DNA of 64,000 nt from a bacterium. Lineage in GTDB: Bacteria > Omnitrophota > Gorgyraeia > Zapsychrales > Zapsychraceae. Of this stretch, positions 39,124 through 48,878 are shown in pieces; positions within the stretch are counted from its first letter, which is position 1, and the number at the start of each line of letters is the position of its first letter. The translations under genes were made by a program, and so were the position numbers. The stretch covers positions 31,079 through 95,078 of the forward strand of contig JAUIER010000015.1 of assembly GCA_030429765.1 (NCBI GenBank), read 5' to 3'. The notes beneath the pieces were generated by a model. The model saw only the letters and a list, made by a program, of their open reading frames with translations. It was not told the DNA's origin and made no database searches.

Positions 39124-42100
39124 TTACTCGCGATCGTTTACCGTGATGACCATTTCCGAGCTGTTGGAACGAATCTCCGGCACGTACATCGCGTGCGTCT
39201 GATTCGGCATCCCGTGGAATGTCCCGGGAACCTCGGCCCGAAGTTCATAGGTAATCCGGTGCTGTCCCTGTTTGAGTTTGTCCACAAAGAAGGCCGCTTT
39301 TTGGTCGCGGAATTCCTGATGGATCCAGGTAGAATGCCCCGCTGGTTTACCCTTGTGATCGAGCTGCTGAGCGTAGCCTGAACCGCTTTTAAGCGCGACC
39401 GCCTCCAGCCCCGCCGGCTTGTAATCTTCAACCACCAGATACTCATAGTGATTTTTGGAATCAAGTGTGATCTCCACTTTGATCCTGTCCCCGCTCCGCA
39501 CGTCGGCCCCGTTTTCCAACAAGCGCCAGTCGGTATCATAGCCGGCCAGCAATGTTTCAGCTGTATCTTCGATAAAGTATTGTCGGGTCACAAAAACCTC
39601 ATTACCCTCTGGTGTGATATTTTCTTCCAGGGTAAAGTACTTGAGATATCCGGACACATACAATGATCCGCGACCGGTCAACCGAACTTCAACTTGGTTT
39701 TCACCGTCGGTCACGGCTTCGTTCGATAGATCGATGATGCGGTCAAAGCGGAAGACATTGGACGTATTCACTCGATCCTGACGGACAACTTTGCCGTTGA
39801 CCAGGACCTCATACTCAAAGTCCGGTGACAATTCATTGGTCGTGCGCAGATAATCGGCCAACCCCAGAATAGTGATCGCCGTATCACGCGTGTTCTTCCA
39901 CCGTCCGCCGCGACGATTGAGCGCCAACCATTTAACCGCTGGCTCTAGATAGGGACTTTGCGGATCAATGTTGGCAAGCGCCTTAACCACAAAGGCCGTG
40001 GCTTCCACGCCGCCTTCGCTGAATCGATAATAAATCCCTGATTCACCCCAATGCACCGTATTGTTGGTTTTTTCTTCGATCATGCCATTGATCAGATTGC
40101 GTGCTAATGTCTGCGCCTGCTGATGTTGTCCACGATAATGCTGCGCCAGGGCAAACAAGGCCCGTGTGTACGGATTCAGTTCGTCACGCATCTCCCACAG
40201 ACGCTGGGTTTGAATGGATTCAAACTTGCTGTTAGATCGGGCCGCCGCCAGAGCGTGTAACATCCACGCCAGCATGTCGGGTTGATTTTCCACTTCAACC
40301 AACTCGGTCTGTAGGTAGCGCACACCGCGGCTGAGCACATCATTCCGGACATCCAGCCCGGCCTGTTTGGCCAGACTCATCCCCCATACGACATAGGCGG
40401 TCATAAACCGATCGGAATTTCCCTGTTTCCACCATCCCCAACCGCCGTCGGAATGCTGGAAGTCATACAATCGATTCAGTCCGGCTGCCGTCATCTCGTC
40501 CAAACGCTCGACAGTGGTGTGATCCTTCCGTTTGGGATGCCCCGGATCCTCTCTCGGGATCAGAACATTGTTGAGATAATCGGCCACATCCTCCTCGGAG
40601 AGACCCAAATCGGTCAGCGTCTTTTTGACAATCACGGCCGGTAAAAAACGGCTCATCGTCTGCTCGACACATCCATATGGAAACTGGGCCAAATATGGTA
40701 ACGCGTCCAGCATGGTCGCGGCCACCGACGGGGATAACATCAATTTCAATGAGGTTGATTCCTTAATACGTTCGCTCGGAATATCCAGTAAAAACAATTG
40801 CTGGACAGTTTCCGTGCCCGCATTCTTGACGGCCAGCGATTTGGCGATAAATTTCTCGATCCCATGAGGAATGATCGGATACGTCTTGACCATCGCGTCG
40901 GCATCTTCTGAGGCCTGGGCCGAGACCGATATTTTCGCCTGCCCCTGTTCCAGCGCCCGCGCGCGCCAATCAACGCGTTGCTCACCATGCGCGTCAATTG
41001 TCACCCATGTCTCTACATCATCCAGGACTTCGAGACCTTGAGCATCAAGCACGACCCGAATCTTCAGCGGACTGTCCGTGTAGTTATGGACGTTGGCTGA
41101 CAGGACAACTTCATCACGTTCAGTGAAAAAACGTGGCGCCTGCAACCGTACAATCACATCCTTGTTGGTTTTGGTATCATATGTGACATTCCCCACGGCC
41201 GTCTGTGTTGAAATCGTCCGTGCGGTCGCCCGCCACGTCGTCAGTGAATCCGGAAACTTGACCTTAATCTGAGCCTTACCGTCGGCTCCGGTCACAATGG
41301 TCGGTTGCCAGTAAGCGGTGGAGCGAAAATCCTGACGGACGGTTGGAGATTTAAGATCCCCACCGGCACCACCGCCGGACAGTGATTCTTCCATGACCAT
41401 ATCCGCATCCGCCATTCTGGCTTCTTTGCCCGCCATCATTTTTGATTCCTGAAATCCGCCACGGCGCGCCCGCATCGGCGCAGCCGCCCCCGCAAAATTC
41501 GAGCTAACCTCGGACTCCATCACGGCATCGGCCGCAACCATTCCCAATGCCGCTACCTGGGCATTAGCCCGAAAACCCTTGTCCTTTTTTAATCCATCCA
41601 TCCGGTCATCGTAAAGTTCAGGCTCTTCACGCTTTTGCTTCTCCTGAACTTTCATCAGCTTGAGCTGATCCTCTGTCATTAACTGCAATTCATCATTGCG
41701 GACAAATATCTGATACTGTTTCTGATTAAAGCTGGATTGTGTCTGGACCGATTGCTGCCGTTTTGTCCCGTAGAAGAACTCACGGATATCCTTCACAAAC
41801 TCACTTTGAATGTAGTACACACTGGCATCAACCAGCCCCAACGAAATCTCGCCGACGACAGGTTCGCCATTGTGGTCCGTTACTTCGATATCAAACAATC
41901 CTTCTTCCTGCGGACGGTAAGTTTCCTTATCCGACATGACCTTGACGTTCAGGAACTTTTCATCCGGCGGGACAATTAGTTGAAGGTTATGCATCTTGGC
42001 CTGATAGTTCTCTATGGATAAGGCATGCAGAAAGATATTCGGAGTGAATGTATCTTTGACTTCAAATTCGAGCAATTTCACCGTTCCCTCGAGAAAATGG

Positions 42101-44997
42101 AGCGACGAACCAAAAATTTCATCGGCCTCCTGAGAGAACAACACCCACGTTTCCGGCTTGTTGGCGACGATCATCACACGGGCGACATCACCGATCGAAT
42201 ATGTATCCTTTTCCGGAATAATCTGAATCCCGCTGTATTGATAACCGATATTTTGACTGGCCTTATCACACACATAGACATGTGTTTGCGAGGTGATTTC
42301 ATTGCCCTTGTCATCAAATCCCGTAAACATGACAACATAGTAGCCGTCCTGTTCGGGCTGAAATTCGAATTGCGACTCGCCCTTTTCATCCGTCTTGATA
42401 AACCGGTTGAAGAGTTCATTGCTGTCGTAACCCGCTGGTTGAACGGCCCGGCCATTAACGATTCGCTGATCGCGCCACCAGTTGCGCGAGACGGTAATCT
42501 TGCCGTCAACCGAGACGGCCTCATTGTTCGCCGTAACCGTCTTGATATCCACTAAAGCCTTGTCACCCGGACGATAAATCTGGTTCTTCGGGTTCAAATA
42601 GGCGTAGAAAGAATGGCGCGTCACCTTCACCGTTGACGTTGACGAAATCTCCCGACGGCTCTGGTCCACCACCCGGACCTCGATCCGGTACTCATAATCG
42701 ACATCACTATTTTCAGGCGTTTCAAATGCGAATGTCGCCTTGCCCGCGGCATCGGTCTTGATGGTTTCTTTCTTGATCAATTGCCCCTGGTTATAGTGAT
42801 GCCGGCCATAAAAATTATGTCCGTACATATTGGTATCTTCGAAATACCATGGATACTTGTGCGGCGGCCGATAATAGTGATGATATTGTTTCTGATATAC
42901 TAGATATTCGACATCCGCATCCGCGACACCACCCCCGAAATAGTACTGCGCGTCCACGGCCACACGGACCTCGTCCCCTAATTGATAGACCGTTTGTCCG
43001 TCGGCATTGGGTTCGGGTTTGATATTGACGATAAATTCAGGCAGCTTATATTCTTCCAGCCGAAAGATCGGCGATGATCCCATATGCGTGCGCCATTTAT
43101 CGGTGTAAAGCTCCAGACGGTACTGTCCTAATGACGCCTTTTCATCCAGGGTCAATGCGTCATGAAACGTCCCGAAATCATTCAGCCGATAATCTTTTTC
43201 ATGGACCTTATTGCCGCGTTCATCATAGATCCGCGCCTGGACTGTCAGCCCTGCCGGTGTTTTGAAGGCTGAATCGTCATAGTCACGCACGGTGACTTTG
43301 AATGACACTTTTTCATTTGGGCGGTAAGCCGGTCGATCACTGTAAGCGTAAAGCCACCATTTGGTATGACTGTTATAAGAGTAGTTGCGGCCTTGTGAAA
43401 ATGTTGGCTTTCCGTTATCGACGGCAACGGCAAAGAGTTCGTGCTGATTGTTGTAATTTTTATTGGTGGTCTTTTTCAGCGGAAACTTCAGCAATCCATC
43501 CGCATCCGTCTTCCCCTGCTGCTGATCCCAGGCCCAGTAGCCCTGATTGTTGTAATAGCGGTACTGATATTTGACATCGGCATCGGGCTTTGGTTCGCCG
43601 GTCAACGCATCAAACACATAGATCAAACCGGAACTGCCGCCGACCTTGCTCACCATGCCGATATCCGTCACGACAATCAGGTCATAGGCCTTGACCCCAT
43701 TGGCTGTTATCAAGGCCAGATAAGCACCCGGTTCCAGTACGCCATCTTCAGGGATCACCTCATCCTGACCGGCATCCATACGCCACTCGGCCAGCCCCTT
43801 GTTTTCACTGTACCATTGATACTTGCCCTGGTTCTTGAGATTCAGCGGCACGGAAAACACCTGCGGCAAACGTTCATAATTACGACTCTCGACGAGACGA
43901 CGGGTGATCTCCTGGTAGTTATTAACACCGTGCTGATAGTCACTCGGTTTCTTACGCGGATCAAATTTCAGTTCATTCACCAAATCCACTTTATAAAGCG
44001 AAAGCGTTGAGTTTTTGATATTCTTCCATCCGATATTGAATTGGATCTCGGAACCGGGCAGGAATGTATAGCCGATCCCAATATTGATTTGAGGCTGGGT
44101 GATCGATTTGATTTGATTTTGCGCGTTGTTGACCCACTGCGACTCACCCTTGCGGAACTTCGTTAAGAACTCGCGATATGTATCCAACGCGTCATCCAGT
44201 TTGTTTTGTTGCTGATAATATTGGGCCAGATAATAGTAAGAATCATCGACCCACTCGCTATCCGAAAATTCCTTGATCACCTTATTGAAATATTTGACCG
44301 CCTCTTTTTTCTTTTGCTGGTTATAATACTGATGGTAATAGCTCATCGCCAACGAGTAATAGACCTTGGCCCGGTCCGCATCGGACTTGGTTACTTTGAG
44401 CAATTCCTCATACAATACGTGCAATCCGTTGTTTTCGGGTTTGTCCGGCAGGATCCGTTGACCATCCACAGCCAGCGGCTTGATCCCGTTAAATCCCCAC
44501 CCCCAATTCCGTGAAACAAAATCGCCCAGGGTAAACGTGGCTTTAATGAACCGCGGCCGGGCGTTATCAATATCTTTGGATCCGGCCCAATAAGCACGGG
44601 CGTCCTGCAGATATTCCTTGATCTTTTCCGTATGCTGCCATTGATTCACTTCGAGATAATGTTCCGCGAGTGATTCATTGGCCTCCGCCCACCAGCGGTC
44701 CTTTTGATCGCCCTCGACCAATTCCTTGAGACTTTTTACGGCTTCTTCATATCGGCGACTTTCTTTGGTGCGCCACGACGCATCCGCGAATTTGAATAAA
44801 TACTCGCGTGAGGCCTCGGGTGTCAGTTCAGCTGTTTCCAGGATCTTGGCGAATTGGTCGGCCGCCAATCGGTAGGATTTTTCCTGATGCAGCTGATTGG
44901 CCTTGTTCATTGCGGGATTCTGCGCCGAAGACAGCGAGGCCCCCAACACCATGGCCCCTATGATTAAAATCGCTGTAAGTCTCTTAAATACCATCAT
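39124..44997 (-). CDS. Bacterial alpha-2-macroglobulin with thioester motif and N-terminal TPR region
   Basis: 1957 aa; SDRPAYRPNE, EEYKLPEF, RQDFRSTAYW, FPDSLTTWR, PYGCVEQ (CxEQ, 40660-40671), DGGWGWW, MYVPEI. Confidence 0.95.
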   Translation of the reverse strand: MMVFKRLTAILIIGAMVLGASLSSAQNPAMNKANQLHQEKSYRLAADQFAKILETAELTPEASREYLFKFADASWRTKESRRYEEAVKSLKELVEGDQKDRWWAEANESLAEHYLEVNQWQHTEKIKEYLQDARAYWAGSKDIDNARPRFIKATFTLGDFVSRNWGWGFNGIKPLAVDGQRILPDKPENNGLHVLYEELLKVTKSDADRAKVYYSLAMSYYHQYYNQQKKKEAVKYFNKVIKEFSDSEWVDDSYYYLAQYYQQQNKLDDALDTYREFLTKFRKGESQWVNNAQNQIKSITQPQINIGIGYTFLPGSEIQFNIGWKNIKNSTLSLYKVDLVNELKFDPRKKPSDYQHGVNNYQEITRRLVESRNYERLPQVFSVPLNLKNQGKYQWYSENKGLAEWRMDAGQDEVIPEDGVLEPGAYLALITANGVKAYDLIVVTDIGMVSKVGGSSGLIYVFDALTGEPKPDADVKYQYRYYNNQGYWAWDQQQGKTDADGLLKFPLKKTTNKNYNNQHELFAVAVDNGKPTFSQGRNYSYNSHTKWWLYAYSDRPAYRPNEKVSFKVTVRDYDDSAFKTPAGLTVQARIYDERGNKVHEKDYRLNDFGTFHDALTLDEKASLGQYRLELYTDKWRTHMGSSPIFRLEEYKLPEFIVNIKPEPNADGQTVYQLGDEVRVAVDAQYYFGGGVADADVEYLVYQKQYHHYYRPPHKYPWYFEDTNMYGHNFYGRHHYNQGQLIKKETIKTDAAGKATFAFETPENSDVDYEYRIEVRVVDQSRREISSTSTVKVTRHSFYAYLNPKNQIYRPGDKALVDIKTVTANNEAVSVDGKITVSRNWWRDQRIVNGRAVQPAGYDSNELFNRFIKTDEKGESQFEFQPEQDGYYVVMFTGFDDKGNEITSQTHVYVCDKASQNIGYQYSGIQIIPEKDTYSIGDVARVMIVANKPETWVLFSQEADEIFGSSLHFLEGTVKLLEFEVKDTFTPNIFLHALSIENYQAKMHNLQLIVPPDEKFLNVKVMSDKETYRPQEEGLFDIEVTDHNGEPVVGEISLGLVDASVYYIQSEFVKDIREFFYGTKRQQSVQTQSSFNQKQYQIFVRNDELQLMTEDQLKLMKVQEKQKREEPELYDDRMDGLKKDKGFRANAQVAALGMVAADAVMESEVSSNFAGAAAPMRARRGGFQESKMMAGKEARMADADMVMEESLSGGGAGGDLKSPTVRQDFRSTAYWQPTIVTGADGKAQIKVKFPDSLTTWRATARTISTQTAVGNVTYDTKTNKDVIVRLQAPRFFTERDEVVLSANVHNYTDSPLKIRVVLDAQGLEVLDDVETWVTIDAHGEQRVDWRARALEQGQAKISVSAQASEDADAMVKTYPIIPHGIEKFIAKSLAVKNAGTETVQQLFLLDIPSERIKESTSLKLMLSPSVAATMLDALPYLAQFPYGCVEQTMSRFLPAVIVKKTLTDLGLSEEDVADYLNNVLIPREDPGHPKRKDHTTVERLDEMTAAGLNRLYDFQHSDGGWGWWKQGNSDRFMTAYVVWGMSLAKQAGLDVRNDVLSRGVRYLQTELVEVENQPDMLAWMLHALAAARSNSKFESIQTQRLWEMRDELNPYTRALFALAQHYRGQHQQAQTLARNLINGMIEEKTNNTVHWGESGIYYRFSEGGVEATAFVVKALANIDPQSPYLEPAVKWLALNRRGGRWKNTRDTAITILGLADYLRTTNELSPDFEYEVLVNGKVVRQDRVNTSNVFRFDRIIDLSNEAVTDGENQVEVRLTGRGSLYVSGYLKYFTLEENITPEGNEVFVTRQYFIEDTAETLLAGYDTDWRLLENGADVRSGDRIKVEITLDSKNHYEYLVVEDYKPAGLEAVALKSGSGYAQQLDHKGKPAGHSTWIHQEFRDQKAAFFVDKLKQGQHRITYELRAEVPGTFHGMPNQTHAMYVPEIRSNSSEMVITVNDRE

Positions 44998-45031
44998 TTA
45001 CCTCCGTTAAACGGTTCTTGGCTGTTTCTGG

Positions 45032-45060
45032 TTAAACGGCTCACACGCCAAAAAGTTACA
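45032..45060 (-). promoter_or_regulatory. ECF-type promoter upstream of alpha-2-macroglobulin
   Basis: Minus strand TGTAAC-N16-CGTTTAA, about 35 nt before the start and its GGAGG RBS. Confidence 0.65.
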
Positions 45061-45072
45061 AAATTTTTGAAA

Positions 45073-45519
45073 TTATTCCGACGCCGGGCGGATATCGAAC
45101 GGACGGCGGATCGTCCGGCGCTCCACATCACAGGGCAGGGCCCAGTCTTCGGCTTCGCCGATCAGGACATGCAGACGGTCAAGCCAATACTCTTCGTCCT
45201 CATCGTCCCGCCGATTTTCATCGGTAAAATACCCATAGACCTGATACTTGCGGCTGCGGGCGTCGGCATCCCGAAAAACTCGGCTGTCGCATGACTTTCG
45301 TTTATTAAAATCCCGGAAAAAGAAAACTTCTATGGTCCCGCGAACTCGTCCGCGGTCGTAATACCGGCAGGTGACCTTGGAACGGCCATAGATATCGGTA
45401 GTGAATTTGGGTCCGCTGGCAACATAGTCGCGCAGCGAATCGGGGCAATGCACGGCCTGTGCGGCGGCCAACGGCACGTACAAGGTGGTCAATAGAATTG
45501 TGAGAATGAAAGGCTTCAC
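45073..45519 (-). CDS. Hypothetical secreted protein with four Cys
   Basis: Probable GTG start VKPFILTILL...AAAQA at 45519; signal peptide. Confidence 0.65.
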   Translation of the reverse strand: MKPFILTILLTTLYVPLAAAQAVHCPDSLRDYVASGPKFTTDIYGRSKVTCRYYDRGRVRGTIEVFFFRDFNKRKSCDSRVFRDADARSRKYQVYGYFTDENRRDDEDEEYWLDRLHVLIGEAEDWALPCDVERRTIRRPFDIRPASE

Positions 45520-45523
45520 TATA

Positions 45524-45970
45524 TTAATATCTTTGAATGATAAATACACCGGCGATCAGCATCGCCACACCTAACAAACGCATCGCTGAAATCGGACGGA
45601 CATGAAATCCCACCCATCCATAATGATCTATTATAACAGAAACCAGCAATTGTCCGACAACTAAACACGCGACCACCGCCACCGCGCCGATCTTCGGGGC
45701 CAGCAGGATAACCGTGATCACCATCGTTCCGCCCAGAAAGCCGCCGGTCAGCAGGTGCGGCGGCGCCTGCTGCAGTACCCGCAGCGACGGAACCCCCGCG
45801 CCCTTCACCCAACAAAAAAACGACATCATCAACAATCCGCCCAAGAAAGAAACCCAGGCCGACTGCGGCGCCGATCCCAGCTGCTTGGCCAAAGACGCAT
45901 TAATACCGGCCTGAAAAGGCAGGGCCATACCCGCACAAACGGCAACAATCAAATACATCCAATGTGACAT
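45524..45970 (-). CDS. DMT-superfamily transporter (YdcZ/DUF606)
   Basis: QAGINASL, SFLGG, GGFLG, GQLLVSVIIDHYG. Confidence 0.92.
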   Translation of the reverse strand: MSHWMYLIVAVCAGMALPFQAGINASLAKQLGSAPQSAWVSFLGGLLMMSFFCWVKGAGVPSLRVLQQAPPHLLTGGFLGGTMVITVILLAPKIGAVAVVACLVVGQLLVSVIIDHYGWVGFHVRPISAMRLLGVAMLIAGVFIIQRY

Positions 45971-45999
45971 ATCATCCTCACTTTCACGACATTGCTGTC

Positions 46000-46047
46000 A
46001 AAAAAATATCCTCCCCGCCCGACGGTAACATGCCGGGCAAGGAGGAT
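46000..46047 (-). terminator. Intrinsic terminator after the DUF481 gene
   Basis: ATCCTCC..GCCCG/CGGGC..GGAGGAT stem plus T7 on the minus strand. Confidence 0.75.
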
Positions 46048-46069
46048 CGAATTAAGGTCGACCAACGGA

Positions 46070-46798
46070 CTAGAAATTATAATCAACTCCCGCTGTAATC
46101 GTGTAGTCATTTTTCTTGGTTCCCGGCGACGGATCTGAATTGTAATCATCCACATACGTCAATTTCCAGGACATTTGGTCACTCATTTTACTCACAAGGC
46201 TGGTCTCATTTCTCAATCGGAACGCCCCGCCTTCCAGTGACGGATAAAGCGTCAGATCTTCGATTAATCGAAGATTTTCCAGCAATTGCTTTTCAAGGTA
46301 AAGTCGAGGAATCAAGACCACTTCGCCTTCGTCCTTCTTGGCTGGATTACGATAATCCGTATACTGATAACCAATCGCGATTTCAGTCTTGAGCTTGTAA
46401 TCATCTTCATCATAAAACCATCGTCCAACCCCGTAACCCGGTGTCAGTCGATAATTGATATCAGCAAAGACATCCTGCATCCCTTCGAATTTTCCGAATT
46501 GATACCAGTTTCGTTCTTCACCAAACTTATTGTCGTAGCGCAGCAACCCGTAAAACTTTTTCGAATCCAATTTACTGTCGCTTGTACCCGCGTAGGCGGT
46601 CCATCGGAATAGCGCTTCATCATCTTCGCGTTTGCGATTGATAAACAATTCTGCGTTTCCCGATCCTTGTTCAGTGTTTCCCCCGGATGTTGAAATCCCG
46701 GCTGTGATGCGCCGCACCCACTCTTCGTCGGACTCAGCCCTGACTTCCGTTGTGAAGGCAACTCCCAAGAGCAACAATAAAACAACTACTTTTTTCAT
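46070..46798 (-). CDS. Outer-membrane beta-barrel (DUF481/YdiY family)
   Basis: Signal peptide, SGGNT, DVFADINYRL..G.G, C-terminal YNF. Confidence 0.85.
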   Translation of the reverse strand: MKKVVVLLLLLGVAFTTEVRAESDEEWVRRITAGISTSGGNTEQGSGNAELFINRKREDDEALFRWTAYAGTSDSKLDSKKFYGLLRYDNKFGEERNWYQFGKFEGMQDVFADINYRLTPGYGVGRWFYDEDDYKLKTEIAIGYQYTDYRNPAKKDEGEVVLIPRLYLEKQLLENLRLIEDLTLYPSLEGGAFRLRNETSLVSKMSDQMSWKLTYVDDYNSDPSPGTKKNDYTITAGVDYNF

Positions 46799-46848
46799 GT
46801 CTGTCCTTTCTTTCCTCGTTGTGAATTAGGTTTATCTAACAATACCCC

Positions 46849-47529
46849 TCAAGATTGATTGCGTTCGAAGACAAATCCGGATTCCAATCCCGTATCAGGA
46901 TCCGCCGCCTTCGAGGTAAGCTTTAGCTGTTCTTCCTCGGAACATTGATCAAGACGTTTAACCACCAGCCGCCAGGTAGGCTTGGACCGATTATAGACCT
47001 TGGCCACCGGTTCCTGCCCGAGAAAACAACCTTTGGTGAACGATACAAACTCGTCGAGACTGACATTCAGGATCATCTCATCCGCATAATCCATTCCTTG
47101 CAGCGGAATGTTATGCGCGAGACGAAACCAGATAAATTGTTCATCCGAGACGTTTGTATCCAGCGCCTGAGCCGTTAGGATCAGCTGTCCGCATTTTTGC
47201 TCAACAGCATACTCACCAGGCAACGGCGTGTATCCTCCGTCTAGATCAAAATAGACGTTCAGCTCACGCGGTTCAACCTTGACTCCCCCGAGTTTTATGT
47301 ATCGATCAATATGCTCTAAAATATCATCCGAAAAATTTTTTTCAACTATAATCAGCACTTCATCGTCGCTGATCGACAGCTGGTCAAACGTGGCCACGAT
47401 CCGTCCGTGTATCGTGAGAAAGGCATTGCGGGGGGCGTCCATGGTATTCGATGTTAGGCCGTTTAGAAATGACTTGACGCCTTCCTTGCGGAATGACAAC
47501 ACACTTTTTGAGGTCTGGTACAGACGCAT
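46849..47529 (-). CDS. YgfZ/GcvT-like folate-binding protein
   Basis: FLNGLTSN, FLTIHGRI, SFTKGCFLGQE (YgfZ signature KGCxxGQE). Confidence 0.85.
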   Translation of the reverse strand: MRLYQTSKSVLSFRKEGVKSFLNGLTSNTMDAPRNAFLTIHGRIVATFDQLSISDDEVLIIVEKNFSDDILEHIDRYIKLGGVKVEPRELNVYFDLDGGYTPLPGEYAVEQKCGQLILTAQALDTNVSDEQFIWFRLAHNIPLQGMDYADEMILNVSLDEFVSFTKGCFLGQEPVAKVYNRSKPTWRLVVKRLDQCSEEEQLKLTSKAADPDTGLESGFVFERNQS

Positions 47530-47544
47530 AATTTTCAGCCTTCC

Positions 47545-48258
47545 TTACCAGGCAAATGGTTGCCGGTCCCGATAAAATTGACCCGATGGGCCTCCATCCG
47601 GTAAGGTTGCCAGGAAGATCGCTGTATCAGCGCCTTCGGGAAGCTCCCGCGTGGCGCCCGGTCCGCCCATCTCGGTCTTGACCCAGCCCGGACACATTGT
47701 GTTAACCAGAATATTCGTTCCCGACAATTCATCTGCCAGAATCCGTGTTAACGCGTTTAAGCTGGTCTTTGATAATCGGTACGACGGACAACCGCCATTC
47801 ATATGCGTCAGCTGTCCCATGCCCGATGACAAATTGACAATCCGGCCGTACTTGTTCTTACGCATCATCGGTACAACCTGCTGAATCAACATCATCGGTC
47901 CATATACATTGGTGCGCATCCCTCGAATCATGGTCTCCACATCGGCATCAAACACACTCGGCCACGACGACGCAGCGTCTTTATCAGGAAAGATCCCTGC
48001 GTTATTCACTAGAATATCAATCCGCCCGTGTTCATCGGCAACTGCCCGAACACACTGTTCGATACTCACCGGATCAGTGACATCCAATTGATGATAGCCC
48101 ACTTTCAGACCTTCAGACTCCAGCTGTTTGACCGCCGCCTGACCTTTTGCGACATCACGACTGGTGGCCACGACCTTGACATCGTCCTGTTGGGCCAACT
48201 GCCGGCAAATTTCCATTCCGATCCCTCGATTCGCTCCAGTGACTAATGCAATCTTCAT
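47545..48258 (-). CDS. Classical SDR oxidoreductase (carbonyl reductase-like)
   Basis: TGANRGIG, NNAG, YRLSK, PGWVKTEMGG. Confidence 0.93.
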   Translation of the reverse strand: MKIALVTGANRGIGMEICRQLAQQDDVKVVATSRDVAKGQAAVKQLESEGLKVGYHQLDVTDPVSIEQCVRAVADEHGRIDILVNNAGIFPDKDAASSWPSVFDADVETMIRGMRTNVYGPMMLIQQVVPMMRKNKYGRIVNLSSGMGQLTHMNGGCPSYRLSKTSLNALTRILADELSGTNILVNTMCPGWVKTEMGGPGATRELPEGADTAIFLATLPDGGPSGQFYRDRQPFAW

Positions 48259-48284
48259 GACTGTCTTCCCCCGTTTAGTTTTGC

Positions 48285-48878
48285 TTAAATAAATTCCCGC
48301 CGTTTGACCAGCAGCTTTTGTCCGGCGTCAATAAACCGATCCAGCGTCTCGTCGTCCTTGATCAATTGATAGACGCGAAACTCAAGCGATTTGTTGGACA
48401 CGGTCAAACTCGGTTTAAGCGCTTTCCAATCCATTAATGTGTGCTGAACATCTGTATCCAGAAAGGCGCGAACCCGATGTTCGTCGAGTCCACCTACCAA
48501 AAAGGCTTCATCAAATTCCGGCGACATGACCTGAATATCTTTAAGGCCAAACTTCTTACCAAACTTGGTCACCGCGTCTTCGAACCGGACCGTTACAACA
48601 AAATCACTGGCTGAGGACATATTCACCCGAAACAGGCTGCACTCCGGGCTGTTCCGGCTGCCATGTGACAATGACAATGTCACCGTCTGACCATCCATCG
48701 GAAACTCCAGATAGTAAGGTATCCCCAGAATTTTTTTAACCGTTCCATTACGCTTCATGCGCTGATGCTCCAACAGTGTATTGACGAACCGCCGCCGCTT
48801 TCGGATAATCGGCACCACCAGCATAATCGGAATCAGGTAAAAAAAGAGTACAAAGTAAGCAAAAAAATTTTCGCTCAC
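48285..48878 (-). CDS. Hypothetical N-terminally membrane-anchored protein
   Basis: TM followed by RKRRR; DIQVMSPEFDEAFLV; GTGA overlap with the NUDIX gene. Confidence 0.75.
   Translation of the reverse strand: MSENFFAYFVLFFYLIPIMLVVPIIRKRRRFVNTLLEHQRMKRNGTVKKILGIPYYLEFPMDGQTVTLSLSHGSRNSPECSLFRVNMSSASDFVVTVRFEDAVTKFGKKFGLKDIQVMSPEFDEAFLVGGLDEHRVRAFLDTDVQHTLMDWKALKPSLTVSNKSLEFRVYQLIKDDETLDRFIDAGQKLLVKRREFI

Noticed and set aside
45006-45039. GTTAAACGG direct repeat upstream of the macroglobulin as a second promoter
   Set aside because: The proximal copy has GAAAC only 10 nt from CGTTTAA, the wrong spacing for a promoter.
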